DNA of 64,000 nucleotides from Escherichia coli (GCF_002854065.1 NZ_CP024147.1), one strand, 5' to 3'; positions 47,830 to 58,651 are shown, counted from the stretch's first letter. Notes: generated by a model from the sequence alone, not told the origin. Numbers and translations: made by a program.

Positions 47830-49764
47830 TTACGCGGCCGGGCGCGCAATAATGCTGCGGGTTTCCATGCGGACTTCGGCAATGGTGACGTCAATAACGT
47901 CAGTCACTTTATAAACCGTTTCACCTTTAATTTGTACGGTGCCGTTTTCCTGGCTGCAAACCATTTCATCGCGCACAGCGTGTAAGAAAGGTGCAGGAAT
48001 AAAGGCGATAGCGCCGTTATCAACCAAACGAACACGCATGCCGCCACGGCTGATATCGACAATTTCCGCTGCGAAACGGGTGTCGGTCCCGGCTTTGTCT
48101 TTCAGGAAGCGTGCGTATAACCAGTCACCAACATCACGTTCTGCCATCCGGTTGAGACGGCGACGCTCGGCCATTTGGACAGTGATTTCATCCTGTGGGC
48201 GCGTCGCAGTTTCACCTTTGATAACCGCTTTCAGCAGACGGTGGTTGATCATGTCGCCATATTTACGGATCGGCGAAGTCCAGGTGGCGTATGCCTCCAG
48301 ACCGAGGCCAAAGTGAGGACCGGGTTCAGTGCTAATTTCAGCAAATGACTGGAAGCGACGAATGCGGCTGTCGAGGAAACCAGTTGGTTGCGCGTCCAGT
48401 TCACGACGCAGTTTGCAGAAACCGTCCAGCGTGAGCACTTCTTCGGCATCGACATGCAGACCGTGCGTTTTCAGCAACGCTGCCAGCGCGTCGGCATTCG
48501 CCGGATCAAAGCCCATATGCACGTTATAGATGCCAAAACCGAGCTTATCGCGCAGTACGCGGGCCGCACAAATGTTAGCGGCAATCATCGCTTCTTCGAC
48601 GATACGGTTGGCAATGCGACGAGGCTCGGCGACGATATCCAGCACTTCACCTTTTTCACCGAGAATAAAGCGGTAATCCGGGCGATCTTTAAACACCAGT
48701 GCGTGGTTATGACGCCACTCGCCGCGGCGTTGGCAAATTTGCGCTAGCAAACGGACTTGTTCGGCAATTGCTTCACTTTCAGGCTGCCAGTCACCGGTAT
48801 TTTCCAGCCAGTCAGAAACCTGGTCATACACCAGCTTCGCTTTGGATTCGATGGTGGCGGCAAAGAATTCGATATTATCTTCAATGGTGCCATCAGCGGA
48901 GAGCGTCATGCGGCATGCCAGTACTGGGCGGACTTCATTGGCGCGCAGTGAGCAGAGATCGTCAGAAAGCTCGCGAGGCAGCATAGGGATGTTGAAGCCA
49001 GGCAGATAGTTGGTGAATGCGCGAATTTTCGCGGCTTTGTCCAGTTTGCTGCCTTCAGCAATCCACGCGGTTGGATCGGCAATCGCCACAATCAGCTGAA
49101 GTTTGTCATCCGGCAACGCCTTAGCGAAAAGGGCGTCATCCATATCTTCTGTGCTGGCACTGTCGATGGTGACAAAATCCAGCGCGGTCAGATCTTTACG
49201 AACCAGACCTTCATCGAGCATTTCGGTAGCGACGCCGTCTGGTGCTTCTTTTTCCAGATTATGGCGCGCAAGGGTAACCCACCACGGTACAAAGTGGTCG
49301 TCACCAAAAGTGATGTATTGTGTCAGTTCAGCATAGAAAGAACGATCGCCTTTCAGCGGATGACGGCGCATTTCGGCAACTGCCCAGTCGCCTTCTTTAA
49401 ACTCATGGTTCAGACCACGGGCTGCGCGGCAAGGAATGGCGTCTTTTAAGAGTGGATGATCAGGAACGATGGCCAGACGGTCATTTTTGCCCTGAACTTT
49501 ACCCACGAAACGAGTCAGAAACGGTTCAACTAGTTCTTCTGGCTCTGCGGATTCACGTTCTTTTTCACTGTGGATCACCGCGATAATTCGGTCGCCATGC
49601 ATGACTTTTTTCATCTGCGGCGGCGGAATGAAATAACTTTTTTGCGCGTCGACTTCCAGGAAGCCAAAACCTTTTTCTGTGGCTTTTACCACCCCTTCAG
49701 CGCGTGGCGTCTGGGAATGCAGTTGCTGTTTAAGCTGCGCTAGCAGCGGGTTGTCCTGAAACAT
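47830..49764 (-). CDS. rnb: Exoribonuclease II (644 aa)
   Basis: Full ORF; RNB catalytic domain and S1 domain. Confidence 0.97.
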   Translation of the reverse strand: MFQDNPLLAQLKQQLHSQTPRAEGVVKATEKGFGFLEVDAQKSYFIPPPQMKKVMHGDRIIAVIHSEKERESAEPEELVEPFLTRFVGKVQGKNDRLAIVPDHPLLKDAIPCRAARGLNHEFKEGDWAVAEMRRHPLKGDRSFYAELTQYITFGDDHFVPWWVTLARHNLEKEAPDGVATEMLDEGLVRKDLTALDFVTIDSASTEDMDDALFAKALPDDKLQLIVAIADPTAWIAEGSKLDKAAKIRAFTNYLPGFNIPMLPRELSDDLCSLRANEVRPVLACRMTLSADGTIEDNIEFFAATIESKAKLVYDQVSDWLENTGDWQPESEAIAEQVRLLAQICQRRGEWRHNHALVFKDRPDYRFILGEKGEVLDIVAEPRRIANRIVEEAMIAANICAARVLRDKLGFGIYNVHMGFDPANADALAALLKTHGLHVDAEEVLTLDGFCKLRRELDAQPTGFLDSRIRRFQSFAEISTEPGPHFGLGLEAYATWTSPIRKYGDMINHRLLKAVIKGETATRPQDEITVQMAERRRLNRMAERDVGDWLYARFLKDKAGTDTRFAAEIVDISRGGMRVRLVDNGAIAFIPAPFLHAVRDEMVCSQENGTVQIKGETVYKVTDVIDVTIAEVRMETRSIIARPAA

Positions 49765-49831
49765 AATTGTCTATTTTGGTGGCCATTAGAGCGGCTGACA
49801 GTTTTACGCGAATCTGTCTGACGCGGCAAGG

Positions 49832-50959
49832 TTAATATGTCTCACCCAACGCGATTTTTAAGCGATTTATCCAGCCACACAGCCCGCTCCATACCAGCAG
49901 ATTAATAATCTGCGTTGATGATTTTTCGTGTTCGAGTAAAGGGCTGAACTGGGCGGCGCTAAAGCGATCGGGTGCTCGGGTCAGCCATTGTATCGCCTGA
50001 ACGGTAGCGCGCTCAACAGAATGACGGTCAGCCCATTGGTTAATTTCATTTTCGCCCTTGCGCAGAAGGGTGCTGATTTTTTTATATTCATTTGATGAAT
50101 CCATACAGGTGGCAAAACAAGCAGGACTGCCATTTATACGCGCGCATAACAACGCCGCAAGCTGATTATCCGGCTGTGTATTGACCCGTGTGCTGTTTAA
50201 CAACTTTTCGAGAAGGGAAAGTGAAATAGGGTGGAGAGAGAGTATTTCGGCCAGTTGGCAAAGTTCTGCAGTTGAACTTTTTGTGTGCTCTTCAGGTAGT
50301 TTTTCCACCTCATAGCTGCTTCGCCAGCGTAATGATTCATCAGCAAACAGTGACGCGTCGGCGTAGTTTTGTATCTCCAGCCCGGGTAACCAGCGTACCG
50401 GATGCCCGAGATAAGCCTGAAATGTCGCAATTGTCCGCGCCTGAAAGCCAATAAAACCAATGATTTGGTTAATGATCACACAGTCCCAGGCAGTAAGACC
50501 GACGTCATTCAGATGCTGGCGCGATCGGTTGTCGATAATAGAAGGCGAGCTAGCCAGTTGGCGGGCATATTGCGTGATTTGTGCCAACCGATGATTACTT
50601 TCCCTGGAGGAATCAGGCCCGGGGAGCGGCGTAAGTCGCGCCGAATAGTAGTTACATAACCGCTGGACGCCGCAAACCTGAGCAACCGTCAGGGCCGTCG
50701 ACAAGCGTTCATAAGCGGTGAAGGTCTGTGAACGGGTCACGGTAAGCTGGTCAGGGAACAAATCCACTGCAAGAACACGCGCAGGGTCCAGCCATGAAAG
50801 GAAGGGGGCCAGCGTTTCTTTTTCAAGGATCACGTCGAGTAGAAAGGGATCGCTGACCTTTGCGGCTTCCGGGACCAGAGGCAGAACGTCATACTCCGTA
50901 GTACTGGATTGCGTTTCATGATACCAGTGGCTTTTGCCGGTGATGTGGCGTTGTTCCAT
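49832..50959 (-). CDS. yciW: CMD/AhpD-like protein YciW (375 aa)
   Basis: ORF 49832..51037; start placed at internal ATG ([17 protein letters not shown]) giving the K-12 length. Confidence 0.85.
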   Translation of the reverse strand: MEQRHITGKSHWYHETQSSTTEYDVLPLVPEAAKVSDPFLLDVILEKETLAPFLSWLDPARVLAVDLFPDQLTVTRSQTFTAYERLSTALTVAQVCGVQRLCNYYSARLTPLPGPDSSRESNHRLAQITQYARQLASSPSIIDNRSRQHLNDVGLTAWDCVIINQIIGFIGFQARTIATFQAYLGHPVRWLPGLEIQNYADASLFADESLRWRSSYEVEKLPEEHTKSSTAELCQLAEILSLHPISLSLLEKLLNSTRVNTQPDNQLAALLCARINGSPACFATCMDSSNEYKKISTLLRKGENEINQWADRHSVERATVQAIQWLTRAPDRFSAAQFSPLLEHEKSSTQIINLLVWSGLCGWINRLKIALGETY

Positions 50960-51102
50960 GGGCGCTCCTTGGTCGTAAAGGAAATCGTTATCCTGACGCA
51001 AGGCGGGAAGGCGAGAAAGACGGATCGGCGATAACAAATATCAGAAAGGTATAACAGAGATAACGGGCGGCAGAACGCCGCCCATCTTTACCAACAGAAC
51101 GA

Positions 51103-51891
51103 TTATTTCAGTTCGAGTTCGTTCATTGCAGCAATGCTGAAACCGCCGTCAACGTGGACCACTTCACCGGAGATACCGGCAGAGAGATCGGAGCACAGGA
51201 ATGCCGCAGAGTTACCCACATCTTCAATAGTAACGGTACGGCGAATCGGGGTAACGGCTTCGCAATGAGCCAGCATTTTGCGGAAGTCCTTGATACCGGA
51301 GGCCGCCAGAGTACGGATCGGACCAGCAGAGATGGCGTTAACACGCACACCTTCCGGACCCATCGCGTTCGCCATATAGCGCACGTTCGCTTCCAGAGAC
51401 GCTTTTGCCAGACCCATAACGTTGTAGTTCGGGATAGCGCGCTCAGCGCCAAGGTAGGAAAGGGTCAGCAGGGCAGAACCCGGATTCAGCATGGAGCGGC
51501 AAGCTTTTGCCATTGCAACGAAGCTGTAGGAGCTGATGTCGTGGGCAATTTTGAAGCCTTCACGAGTAACGGCGTTAACATAGTCACCATCCAGCTGATC
51601 GCCAGGTGCAAAACCAATAGAGTGTACGAAACCGTCAAACTTCGGCCAAACTTTCCCCAGTTCAGCGAACATGGTGTCGATGCTGGCATCTTCGGCAACA
51701 TCGCACTGCAGAACGATGTCAGAACCCAATTGAGCGGCAAATTCTTCTACGCGGCCTTTCAGTTTGTCGTTCTGGTAGGTGAATGCCAGTTCAGCTCCTT
51801 CGCGGTGCATCGCCTGAGCGATACCGTAGGCGATGGACAGTTTGCTGGCAACACCGGTTACCAGAATGCGCTTACCGGAAAGAAAACCCAT
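51103..51891 (-). CDS. fabI: Enoyl-[acyl-carrier-protein] reductase (NADH) (262 aa)
   Basis: Full [59 protein letters not shown]... Confidence 0.97.
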
Positions 51892-52095
51892 AGCTTTAAT
51901 CCTTATTGTTGATGCTTGTTGTGCCTGAAAATCAGGCGATTCGTCGTTTTAGTAAACAGTACGAACAGATAAACGGTTATTATAATCAACCTGGCTGTGG
52001 GTGGCTATAGTTGCGCTTTCTGTACCGGAGAGAAGCTGCGGTACAGAGCATTTTGCGTTATCTACTCTTGACGCCTGCAAGGGGTAGGTTGGGGA

Positions 52096-52100
52096 AATAT
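52096..52100. repeat. Left copy of the 5-bp IS2 target-site duplication (aatat)
   Basis: Identical 5-mer immediately flanks both IS2 ends. Confidence 0.75.
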
Positions 52101-52191
52101 TAGACTGGCCCCCTGAATCTCCAGACAACCAATATCACTTAAATAAGTGATAGTCTTAATACTAGTTTTTAGACTAGTCATTGGAGAACAG

Positions 52192-52557
52192 ATGATTGAT
52201 GTCTTAGGGCCGGAGAAACGCAGACGGCGTACCACACAGGAAAAGATCGCAATTGTTCAGCAGAGCTTTGAACCGGGGATGACGGTCTCCCTCGTTGCCC
52301 GGCAACATGGTGTAGCAGCCAGCCAGTTATTTCTCTGGCGTAAGCAATACCAGGAAGGAAGTCTTACTGCTGTCGCCGCCGGAGAACAGGTTGTTCCTGC
52401 CTCTGAACTTGCTGCCGCCATGAAGCAGATTAAAGAACTCCAGCGCCTGCTCGGCAAGAAAACGATGGAAAATGAACTCCTCAAAGAAGCCGTTGAATAT
52501 GGACGGGCAAAAAAGTGGATAGCGCACGCGCCCTTATTGCCCGGGGATGGGGAGTAA
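52192..52557 (+). CDS. insC: IS2 InsC (OrfA, 121 aa)
   Basis: [53 protein letters not shown]... matches IS2 InsC. Confidence 0.93.
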
Positions 52558-53420
52558 GCTTAGTCAGCCGTTGTCTCCGGGTGTCGCGTGCGCAGTTGCA
52601 CGTCATTCTCAGACGAACCGATGACTGGATGGATGGCCGCCGCAGTCGTCACACTGATGATACGGATGTGCTTCTCCGTATACACCATGTTATCGGAGAG
52701 CTGCCCACGTATGGTTATCGTCGGGTATGGGCGCTGCTTCGCAGACAGGCAGAACTTGATGGTATGCCTGCGATCAATGCCAAACGTGTTTACCGGATCA
52801 TGCGCCAGAATGCGCTGTTGCTTGAGCGAAAACCTGCTGTACCGCCATCGAAACGGGCACATACAGGCAGAGTGGCCGTGAAAGAAAGCAATCAGCGATG
52901 GTGCTCTGACGGGTTCGAGTTCTGCTGTGATAACGGAGAGAGACTGCGTGTCACGTTCGCGCTGGACTGCTGTGATCGTGAGGCACTGCACTGGGCGGTC
53001 ACTACCGGCGGCTTCAACAGTGAAACAGTACAGGACGTCATGCTGGGAGCGGTGGAACGCCGCTTCGGCAACGATCTTCCGTCGTCTCCAGTGGAGTGGC
53101 TGACGGATAATGGTTCATGCTACCGGGCTAATGAAACACGCCAGTTCGCCCGGATGTTGGGACTTGAACCGAAGAACACGGCGGTGCGGAGTCCGGAGAG
53201 TAACGGAATAGCAGAGAGCTTCGTGAAAACGATAAAGCGTGACTACATCAGTATCATGCCCAAACCAGACGGGTTAACGGCAGCAAAGAACCTTGCAGAG
53301 GCGTTCGAGCATTATAACGAATGGCATCCGCATAGTGCGCTGGGTTATCGCTCGCCACGGGAATATCTGCGGCAGCGGGCTTGTAATGGGTTAAGTGATA
53401 ACAGATGTCTGGAAATATAG
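52515..53420 (+). CDS. insD: IS2 InsD (OrfB transposase, 301 aa); expressed as an InsCD fusion by frameshift
   Basis: Sequence matches IS2 InsD; DDE-type integrase core. Confidence 0.93.
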
Positions 53421-53432
53421 GGGCAAATCCAA

Positions 53433-53437
53433 ATATC
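53433..53437. repeat. Right copy of the 5-bp IS2 target-site duplication (aatat)
   Basis: Identical to 52096-52100. Confidence 0.75.
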
Positions 53438-53704
53438 TTATAGAATCTGACTATGAAACTATTCGTATTAGCTCCGATAAGTTTGATGATGAAAACAGAA
53501 CTGGCGACAACAAGTAGCAGCCTTTCTGATGAATTGACCCCAACTTAATATTGTCAACTATCTTCACAGAATCTCCACAATCTCTTCATTATCAGAATAT
53601 GCACCATGAATAAGATAAAAATACTTTCCATTACTTTGGAGAAACGTATAATCAGCAAAAATGAGAACGATCATTCTCACTAAGTGATAGGCCAGGAGAC
53701 AGAA

Positions 53705-54271
53705 ATGACCAGCAAGCTGGAGATACGCCACAAACAGCGTCAGGATGAAATCATTAACGCCGCCCGTCGGTGTTTTCGTCGCTGCGGGTTTCATGCCGCC
53801 AGTATGTCGCAAATTGCCAGTGAAGCTCAGCTTAGCGTGGGTCAGATATATCGTTACTTCGCCAACAAAGACGCCATTATTGAAGAGATGGTTCGCCGTA
53901 TCATCGACTTTCGTATTGCCCAAATGGACATTGAGGCGCGTACCGATCACTTCCCGGAAGTCCTTGCCTTGCGTAAATCCTTAAATGAGGACGACGACGC
54001 GCTGATGCTGGAAGTGGCTGCAGAAGCCACACGCAACCCGCGGGTTATGGCAATGCTTGAAGAAGCTGACGCCAGAATGTTCGCTAACGGTTGTGCACAT
54101 ATGAAAAGAATGCATCCCCATCTTAGCGACGAGCACATTCGTTGCTGCGTTGAAGTGTTTGCTACCATGATGGAAGGTACGGTTTATCGTCGTTTAACAC
54201 CGCAAAAAAGCGATCCGCAACATCTGCAGGAAATATATCAGGATATTGTTAGTATGTTGATAAATAAATAA
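53705..54271 (+). CDS. TetR/AcrR-family transcriptional regulator (188 aa)
   Basis: N-terminal HTH (SMSQIASEAQLSVGQIYRYFANKDAI); start placed at ATG 53705 with AGGAGA 5 nt upstream rather than the GTG 53684 used by the ORF track. Confidence 0.85.
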   Translation: MTSKLEIRHKQRQDEIINAARRCFRRCGFHAASMSQIASEAQLSVGQIYRYFANKDAIIEEMVRRIIDFRIAQMDIEARTDHFPEVLALRKSLNEDDDALMLEVAAEATRNPRVMAMLEEADARMFANGCAHMKRMHPHLSDEHIRCCVEVFATMMEGTVYRRLTPQKSDPQHLQEIYQDIVSMLINK

Positions 54272-54291
54272 GAACAGAATTAACCAATAGC

Positions 54292-54320
54292 GGGGGATAT
54301 TAATCCCCCTTATTTCATTG
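54292..54320 (+). terminator. Intrinsic terminator after the TetR gene
   Basis: Hairpin ggggga-tattaa-tccccc followed by ttatttcatt. Confidence 0.6.
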
Positions 54321-54372
54321 CGAAATTCATTTCGCGATGCGGGTTCGTTATAACTGAATATCCCTGACATAT

Positions 54373-54392
54373 CCTCATTAATTTTAATGAGG
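54373..54392. promoter_or_regulatory. Perfect inverted repeat CCTCATTAA-TT-TTAATGAGG; candidate operator of the efflux operon
   Basis: 9-bp arms with 2-bp spacer, 28 nt upstream of the adaptor gene start and downstream of the tetR terminator. Confidence 0.4.
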
Positions 54393-54419
54393 AGGGTATT
54401 TCTCACCCTGGAGAAAATA

Positions 54420-55541
54420 ATGAAGTATATAGCAACATCTGTAGTGGCAATGCTGCTCTTATCTGGTTGTGATAATACGCAAAGTAACAATTCATCCCCG
54501 TCAGAAACAGAAGTCGGCGTTGTTACAGTCAAATCTCAACCGGTCTCGGTAGTCAGTGAATTAACCGGACGCACCAGTGCTGCGCTCAGTGCCGAAGTAC
54601 GTCCGCAGGTTGGGGGAATTATCCAGAAACGCTTATTTAAGGAGGGTGATCTGGTCAAGGCTGGACAGCCGCTCTACCAGATTGATGCGGCCAGTTATCA
54701 GGCTGCATGGAATGAAGCTTGGGCAGCATTACAACAAGCACAGGCACTGGTAAAAGCCGATTGCCAGAAAGCGCAGCGTTATGCCCGACTGATGAAAGAG
54801 AACGGTGTTTCACAACAGGATGCTGATGATGCTCAGTCTACCTGTGCACAAGATAAAGCCAGTGTAGAGGCGAAAAAAGCCGCACTGGAAACTGCGCGCA
54901 TTAATCTTGACTGGACCACGGTAACCGCACCGATTTCAGGGCGCATTGGCATTTCGTCGGTAACCCCTGGCGCACTGGTGACCGCGTCGCAAGATACAGC
55001 GTTAACGACTATTCGTGGTCTGGATACAATGTATGTCGACCTCACTCGCTCCAGTGTCGATTTATTACGTCTGCGTAAACAGTCACTGGCGACCAACAGT
55101 GACACCATGAGCGTCTCACTTATTCTGGAAGATGGCACAACCTACAGCGAAAAAGGGCGTCTGGAACTCACCGAAGTCGCTGTAGATGAGTCTACCGGTT
55201 CGGTGACATTACGGGCGATTTTCCCCAATCCACAACAGCAGTTATTACCGGGAATGTTTGTTCGCGCTCGTGTCGATGAAGGCGTGATGGAAGACGCTAT
55301 TCTCGCGCCGCAACAGGGCGTCACGCGCGATGCTAAAGGCAATGCAACTGCGCTGGTGGTGAATAAAGACAATAAAGTAGAGCAGCGAACGCTCGAAACG
55401 GGAGAAACATATGGTGATAAATGGCTGGTGCTAAACGGCCTGCACAACGGCGACCGACTGATTGTTGAAGGTTCTGCAAAAGTCACTTCAGGGCAGACGG
55501 TCAAGGCTGTTGAAGTTCAGGCTAATGGAGGCAACGCCTGA
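54420..55541 (+). CDS. RND-efflux periplasmic adaptor lipoprotein, AcrA/MexA family (373 aa)
   Basis: Start placed at ATG 54420 (MKYIATSVVAMLLLSGC, lipobox LSGC) with GGAGA upstream; extensive similarity to AcrA as remembered (VGVVTVK..., ETARINL..., LPGMFVRARV..., ILAPQQGVTRD...). Confidence 0.9.
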   Translation: MKYIATSVVAMLLLSGCDNTQSNNSSPSETEVGVVTVKSQPVSVVSELTGRTSAALSAEVRPQVGGIIQKRLFKEGDLVKAGQPLYQIDAASYQAAWNEAWAALQQAQALVKADCQKAQRYARLMKENGVSQQDADDAQSTCAQDKASVEAKKAALETARINLDWTTVTAPISGRIGISSVTPGALVTASQDTALTTIRGLDTMYVDLTRSSVDLLRLRKQSLATNSDTMSVSLILEDGTTYSEKGRLELTEVAVDESTGSVTLRAIFPNPQQQLLPGMFVRARVDEGVMEDAILAPQQGVTRDAKGNATALVVNKDNKVEQRTLETGETYGDKWLVLNGLHNGDRLIVEGSAKVTSGQTVKAVEVQANGGNA

Positions 55542-58500
55542 TGTTTTCGCGCTTTTTTGTTCGCCGCCCGGTCTTTGCCTGGGTTATCGCCATTTTGATT
55601 ATGTTGGCGGGGATTCTGGCTATTCGCACATTGCCCGTCGCGCAATATCCTGACGTTGCGCCACCGACCATTAAAATTTCAGCCACTTATACTGGTGCTT
55701 CTGCCGAAACGCTGGAGAACAGCGTGACTCAGGTTATCGAGCAACAACTCACTGGGCTTGATAATTTACTCTATTTCAGCTCAACCAGCAGCTCTGATGG
55801 TTCGGTCAGTATTAATGTGACCTTTGAACAAGGTACCGATCCAGATACTGCACAGGTTCAGGTGCAGAATAAAATTCAGCAGGCGGAGTCGCGCCTACCC
55901 AGCGAAGTGCAGCAAACGGGTGTTACGGTGGAGAAATCACAAAGCAACTTTTTGCTGATTGCTGCCGTGTATGACACCACTGACAAAGCCTCCAGTTCGG
56001 ATATCGCCGACTGGTTGGTTAGTAACGTTCAGGACCCGCTGGCGCGTGTTGAAGGTGTGGGGAGTCTGCAAGTCTTTGGCGCGGAATACGCTATGCGCAT
56101 CTGGCTTGACCCGGCCAAACTGGCGTCTTACTCGCTAATGCCTTCAGACGTGCAAAGTGCTATTGAAGCGCAAAACGTGCAGGTTACTGCCGGGAAAATA
56201 GGGGCATTGCCTTCACCGAATACTCAGCAACTGACCGCAACGGTACGTGCGCAGTCTCGCTTGCAGACGGTGGATCAGTTCAAAAATATTATCGTGAAAA
56301 GCCAGTCAGACGGCGCAGTTGTTCGTATAAAAGATGTGGCTCGCGTTGAGATGGGCAGTGAAGATTATACCGCTATCGGCAAACTTAACGGTTACCCGTC
56401 TGCCGGGGTTGCTGTAATGCTTTCGCCCGGTGCGAATGCGCTGAATACGGCGACGCTGGTCAAGGATAAGATTGCCGAATTCCAGCGGAACATGCCGCAG
56501 GGATACGACATCGCTTACCCGAAAGACAGCACTGAATTTATTAAAATCTCTGTAGAGGACGTAATTCAGACGCTGTTTGAAGCCATCGTATTGGTGGTTT
56601 GCGTGATGTATTTATTCCTGCAAAACCTGCGTGCCACACTGATTCCGGCGTTAGCTGTCCCCGTCGTTTTGCTGGGCACATTCGGCGTTCTTGCGTTGTT
56701 TGGCTATTCGATTAATACCCTGACGTTGTTTGCAATGGTGCTGGCGATCGGCTTGCTGGTGGACGATGCCATTGTGGTAGTGGAGAACGTCGAACGCATT
56801 ATGCGTGACGAAGGGTTGCCCGCGCGTGAAGCCACGGAAAAATCAATGGGCGAGATTTCTGGCGCACTGGTTGCCATTGCGCTGGTGTTGTCAGCCGTAT
56901 TCCTGCCTATGGCCTTCTTTGGGGGATCTACGGGGGTAATTTATCGTCAGTTTTCGATAACCATTATCTCCGCAATGCTGCTTTCCGTGGTGGTGGCATT
57001 GACCTTGACTCCCGCCCTGTGCGGTTCCGTCCTCCAGCATGTTCCGCCACATAAAAAAGGCTTTTTCGGCGCATTTAACCGCTTTTACCGCCGTACTGAA
57101 GATAAATATCAGCGAGGCGTAATTTATGTCCTGCGCCGTGCTGCTAGAACGATGGGGCTTTATCTCGTATTGGGTGGTGGAATGGCCCTGATGATGTGGA
57201 AACTGCCGGGCAGTTTCTTACCCACTGAAGACCAGGGCGAAATCATGGTGCAGTACACGCTGCCGGCCGGGGCGACCGCTGCCCGTACAGCAGAAGTGAA
57301 TCGCCAGATTGTTGACTGGTTCCTGATTAACGAGAAAGCAAATACCGATGTCATTTTTACCGTTGATGGTTTCAGTTTTAGCGGCAGCGGACAGAACACC
57401 GGGATGGCGTTTGTTTCGTTGAAAAACTGGTCTCAACGTAAAGGGGCAGAAAACACCGCCCAGGCTATCGCCCTACGGGCAACCAAAGAGCTGGGCACAA
57501 TTCGTGATGCCACGGTATTTGCGATGACGCCGCCAGCCGTTGATGGGCTGGGGCAAAGCAATGGTTTTACGTTTGAATTGTTAGCTAACGGTGGAACCGA
57601 TCGCGAAACACTACTGCAAATGCGTAATAAGTTGATAGAAAAAGCGAATCAAAGTCCGGAGTTACATTCTGTTCGTGCCAATGATTTGCCACAAATGCCG
57701 CAATTGCAGGTAGATATTGATAGTAATAAAGCGGTGTCATTAGGGTTGAGTTTGAATGATGTCACCGACACCCTGTCCAGTGCGTGGGGCGGTACTTATG
57801 TGAATGACTTTATTGACCGTGGTCGTGTGAAAAAAGTCTACATTCAGGGCGACAGTGAATTTCGTTCCGCGCCGTCAGACTTAGGTAAATGGTTTGTGCG
57901 CGGTAGTGATAACGCCATGACACCATTCTCTGCTTTTGCGACCACCCGCTGGCTGTATGGACCGGAAAGACTGGTGCGCTACAACGGTTCTGCAGCCTAT
58001 GAAATTCAGGGGGAAAATGCGACTGGCTTTAGTTCCGGCGATGCAATGACAAAAATGGAGGAACTGGCAAACAGTCTTCCTGCGGGAACAACCTGGGCCT
58101 GGAGTGGTTTGTCATTGCAGGAGAAACTGGCCAGCGGTCAGGCATTGAGTCTGTATGCAGTTTCTATTCTGGTGGTTTTCCTCTGCCTTGCAGCACTGTA
58201 CGAAAGCTGGTCAGTCCCGTTCTCGGTCATTCTGGTGATCCCTCTGGGGCTTCTTGGCGCGGCGCTGGCGGCCTGGATGCGTGATTTAAACAACGATGTT
58301 TACTTCCAGGTGGCGCTATTAACCACTATCGGCTTGTCGTCGAAAAACGCCATTCTGATTGTGGAATTTGCTGAAGCGGCGGTTGCAGAGGGCTATTCCT
58401 TGAGTCGTGCGGCATTACGCGCGGTGCAGACTCGTTTACGCCCAATCATCATGACCTCGCTGGCGTTTATTGCGGGGGTAATGCCGCTGGCGATAGCAAC

Positions 58501-58648
58501 CGGCGCAGGGGCGAACAGCCGCATCGCCATTGGTACGGGCATTATTGGCGGTACGCTGACCGCTACGTTGCTGGCTATTTTCTTTGTTCCTCTGTTTTTT
58601 GTACTGGTGAAACGTTTGTTTGCCGGTAAACCGCGCCGTCAGGAGTAA
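55541..58648 (+). CDS. RND multidrug efflux transporter, HAE1 family, AcrB/MexB-like (1035 aa)
   Basis: Start overlaps adaptor stop (TGATG); 12-TM RND architecture; motifs shared with AcrB (RPVFAWVIAI..MLAG, ATLIPALAVPVVLLGTF, AIGLLVDDAIVVVENVER, proton-relay DD). Confidence 0.93.
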   Translation: MFSRFFVRRPVFAWVIAILIMLAGILAIRTLPVAQYPDVAPPTIKISATYTGASAETLENSVTQVIEQQLTGLDNLLYFSSTSSSDGSVSINVTFEQGTDPDTAQVQVQNKIQQAESRLPSEVQQTGVTVEKSQSNFLLIAAVYDTTDKASSSDIADWLVSNVQDPLARVEGVGSLQVFGAEYAMRIWLDPAKLASYSLMPSDVQSAIEAQNVQVTAGKIGALPSPNTQQLTATVRAQSRLQTVDQFKNIIVKSQSDGAVVRIKDVARVEMGSEDYTAIGKLNGYPSAGVAVMLSPGANALNTATLVKDKIAEFQRNMPQGYDIAYPKDSTEFIKISVEDVIQTLFEAIVLVVCVMYLFLQNLRATLIPALAVPVVLLGTFGVLALFGYSINTLTLFAMVLAIGLLVDDAIVVVENVERIMRDEGLPAREATEKSMGEISGALVAIALVLSAVFLPMAFFGGSTGVIYRQFSITIISAMLLSVVVALTLTPALCGSVLQHVPPHKKGFFGAFNRFYRRTEDKYQRGVIYVLRRAARTMGLYLVLGGGMALMMWKLPGSFLPTEDQGEIMVQYTLPAGATAARTAEVNRQIVDWFLINEKANTDVIFTVDGFSFSGSGQNTGMAFVSLKNWSQRKGAENTAQAIALRATKELGTIRDATVFAMTPPAVDGLGQSNGFTFELLANGGTDRETLLQMRNKLIEKANQSPELHSVRANDLPQMPQLQVDIDSNKAVSLGLSLNDVTDTLSSAWGGTYVNDFIDRGRVKKVYIQGDSEFRSAPSDLGKWFVRGSDNAMTPFSAFATTRWLYGPERLVRYNGSAAYEIQGENATGFSSGDAMTKMEELANSLPAGTTWAWSGLSLQEKLASGQALSLYAVSILVVFLCLAALYESWSVPFSVILVIPLGLLGAALAAWMRDLNNDVYFQVALLTTIGLSSKNAILIVEFAEAAVAEGYSLSRAALRAVQTRLRPIIMTSLAFIAGVMPLAIATGAGANSRIAIGTGIIGGTLTATLLAIFFVPLFFVLVKRLFAGKPRRQE

Positions 58649-58651
58649 GTT

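Larger units (their letters stand above)
52101..53432 (+). mobile_element. IS2 insertion sequence (1332 bp)
   Basis: Left end tagactggccccctgaatctccagacaacc and right end ...gtctggaaatataggggcaaatcca match the IS2 termini; insC/insD inside; 5-bp direct repeats. Confidence 0.93.

Noticed and set aside
51154-51912. 252-aa plus-strand ORF antisense to fabI
   Set aside because: Mirror-frame ORF of the fabI coding sequence; the translated product has no recognisable features, whereas fabI on the minus strand is unambiguous
53454-53549. 31-aa ORF (MKLFVLAPISLMMKTELATTSSSLSDELTPT) just right of IS2
   Set aside because: Very short, no convincing RBS, and no supporting context; could be a remnant but cannot be supported from sequence alone
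53564-53950. 128-aa minus-strand ORF overlapping the tetR start
   Set aside because: Antisense to the TetR regulator N-terminus and its promoter region; the TetR frame has a clear HTH and RBS, this one has neither
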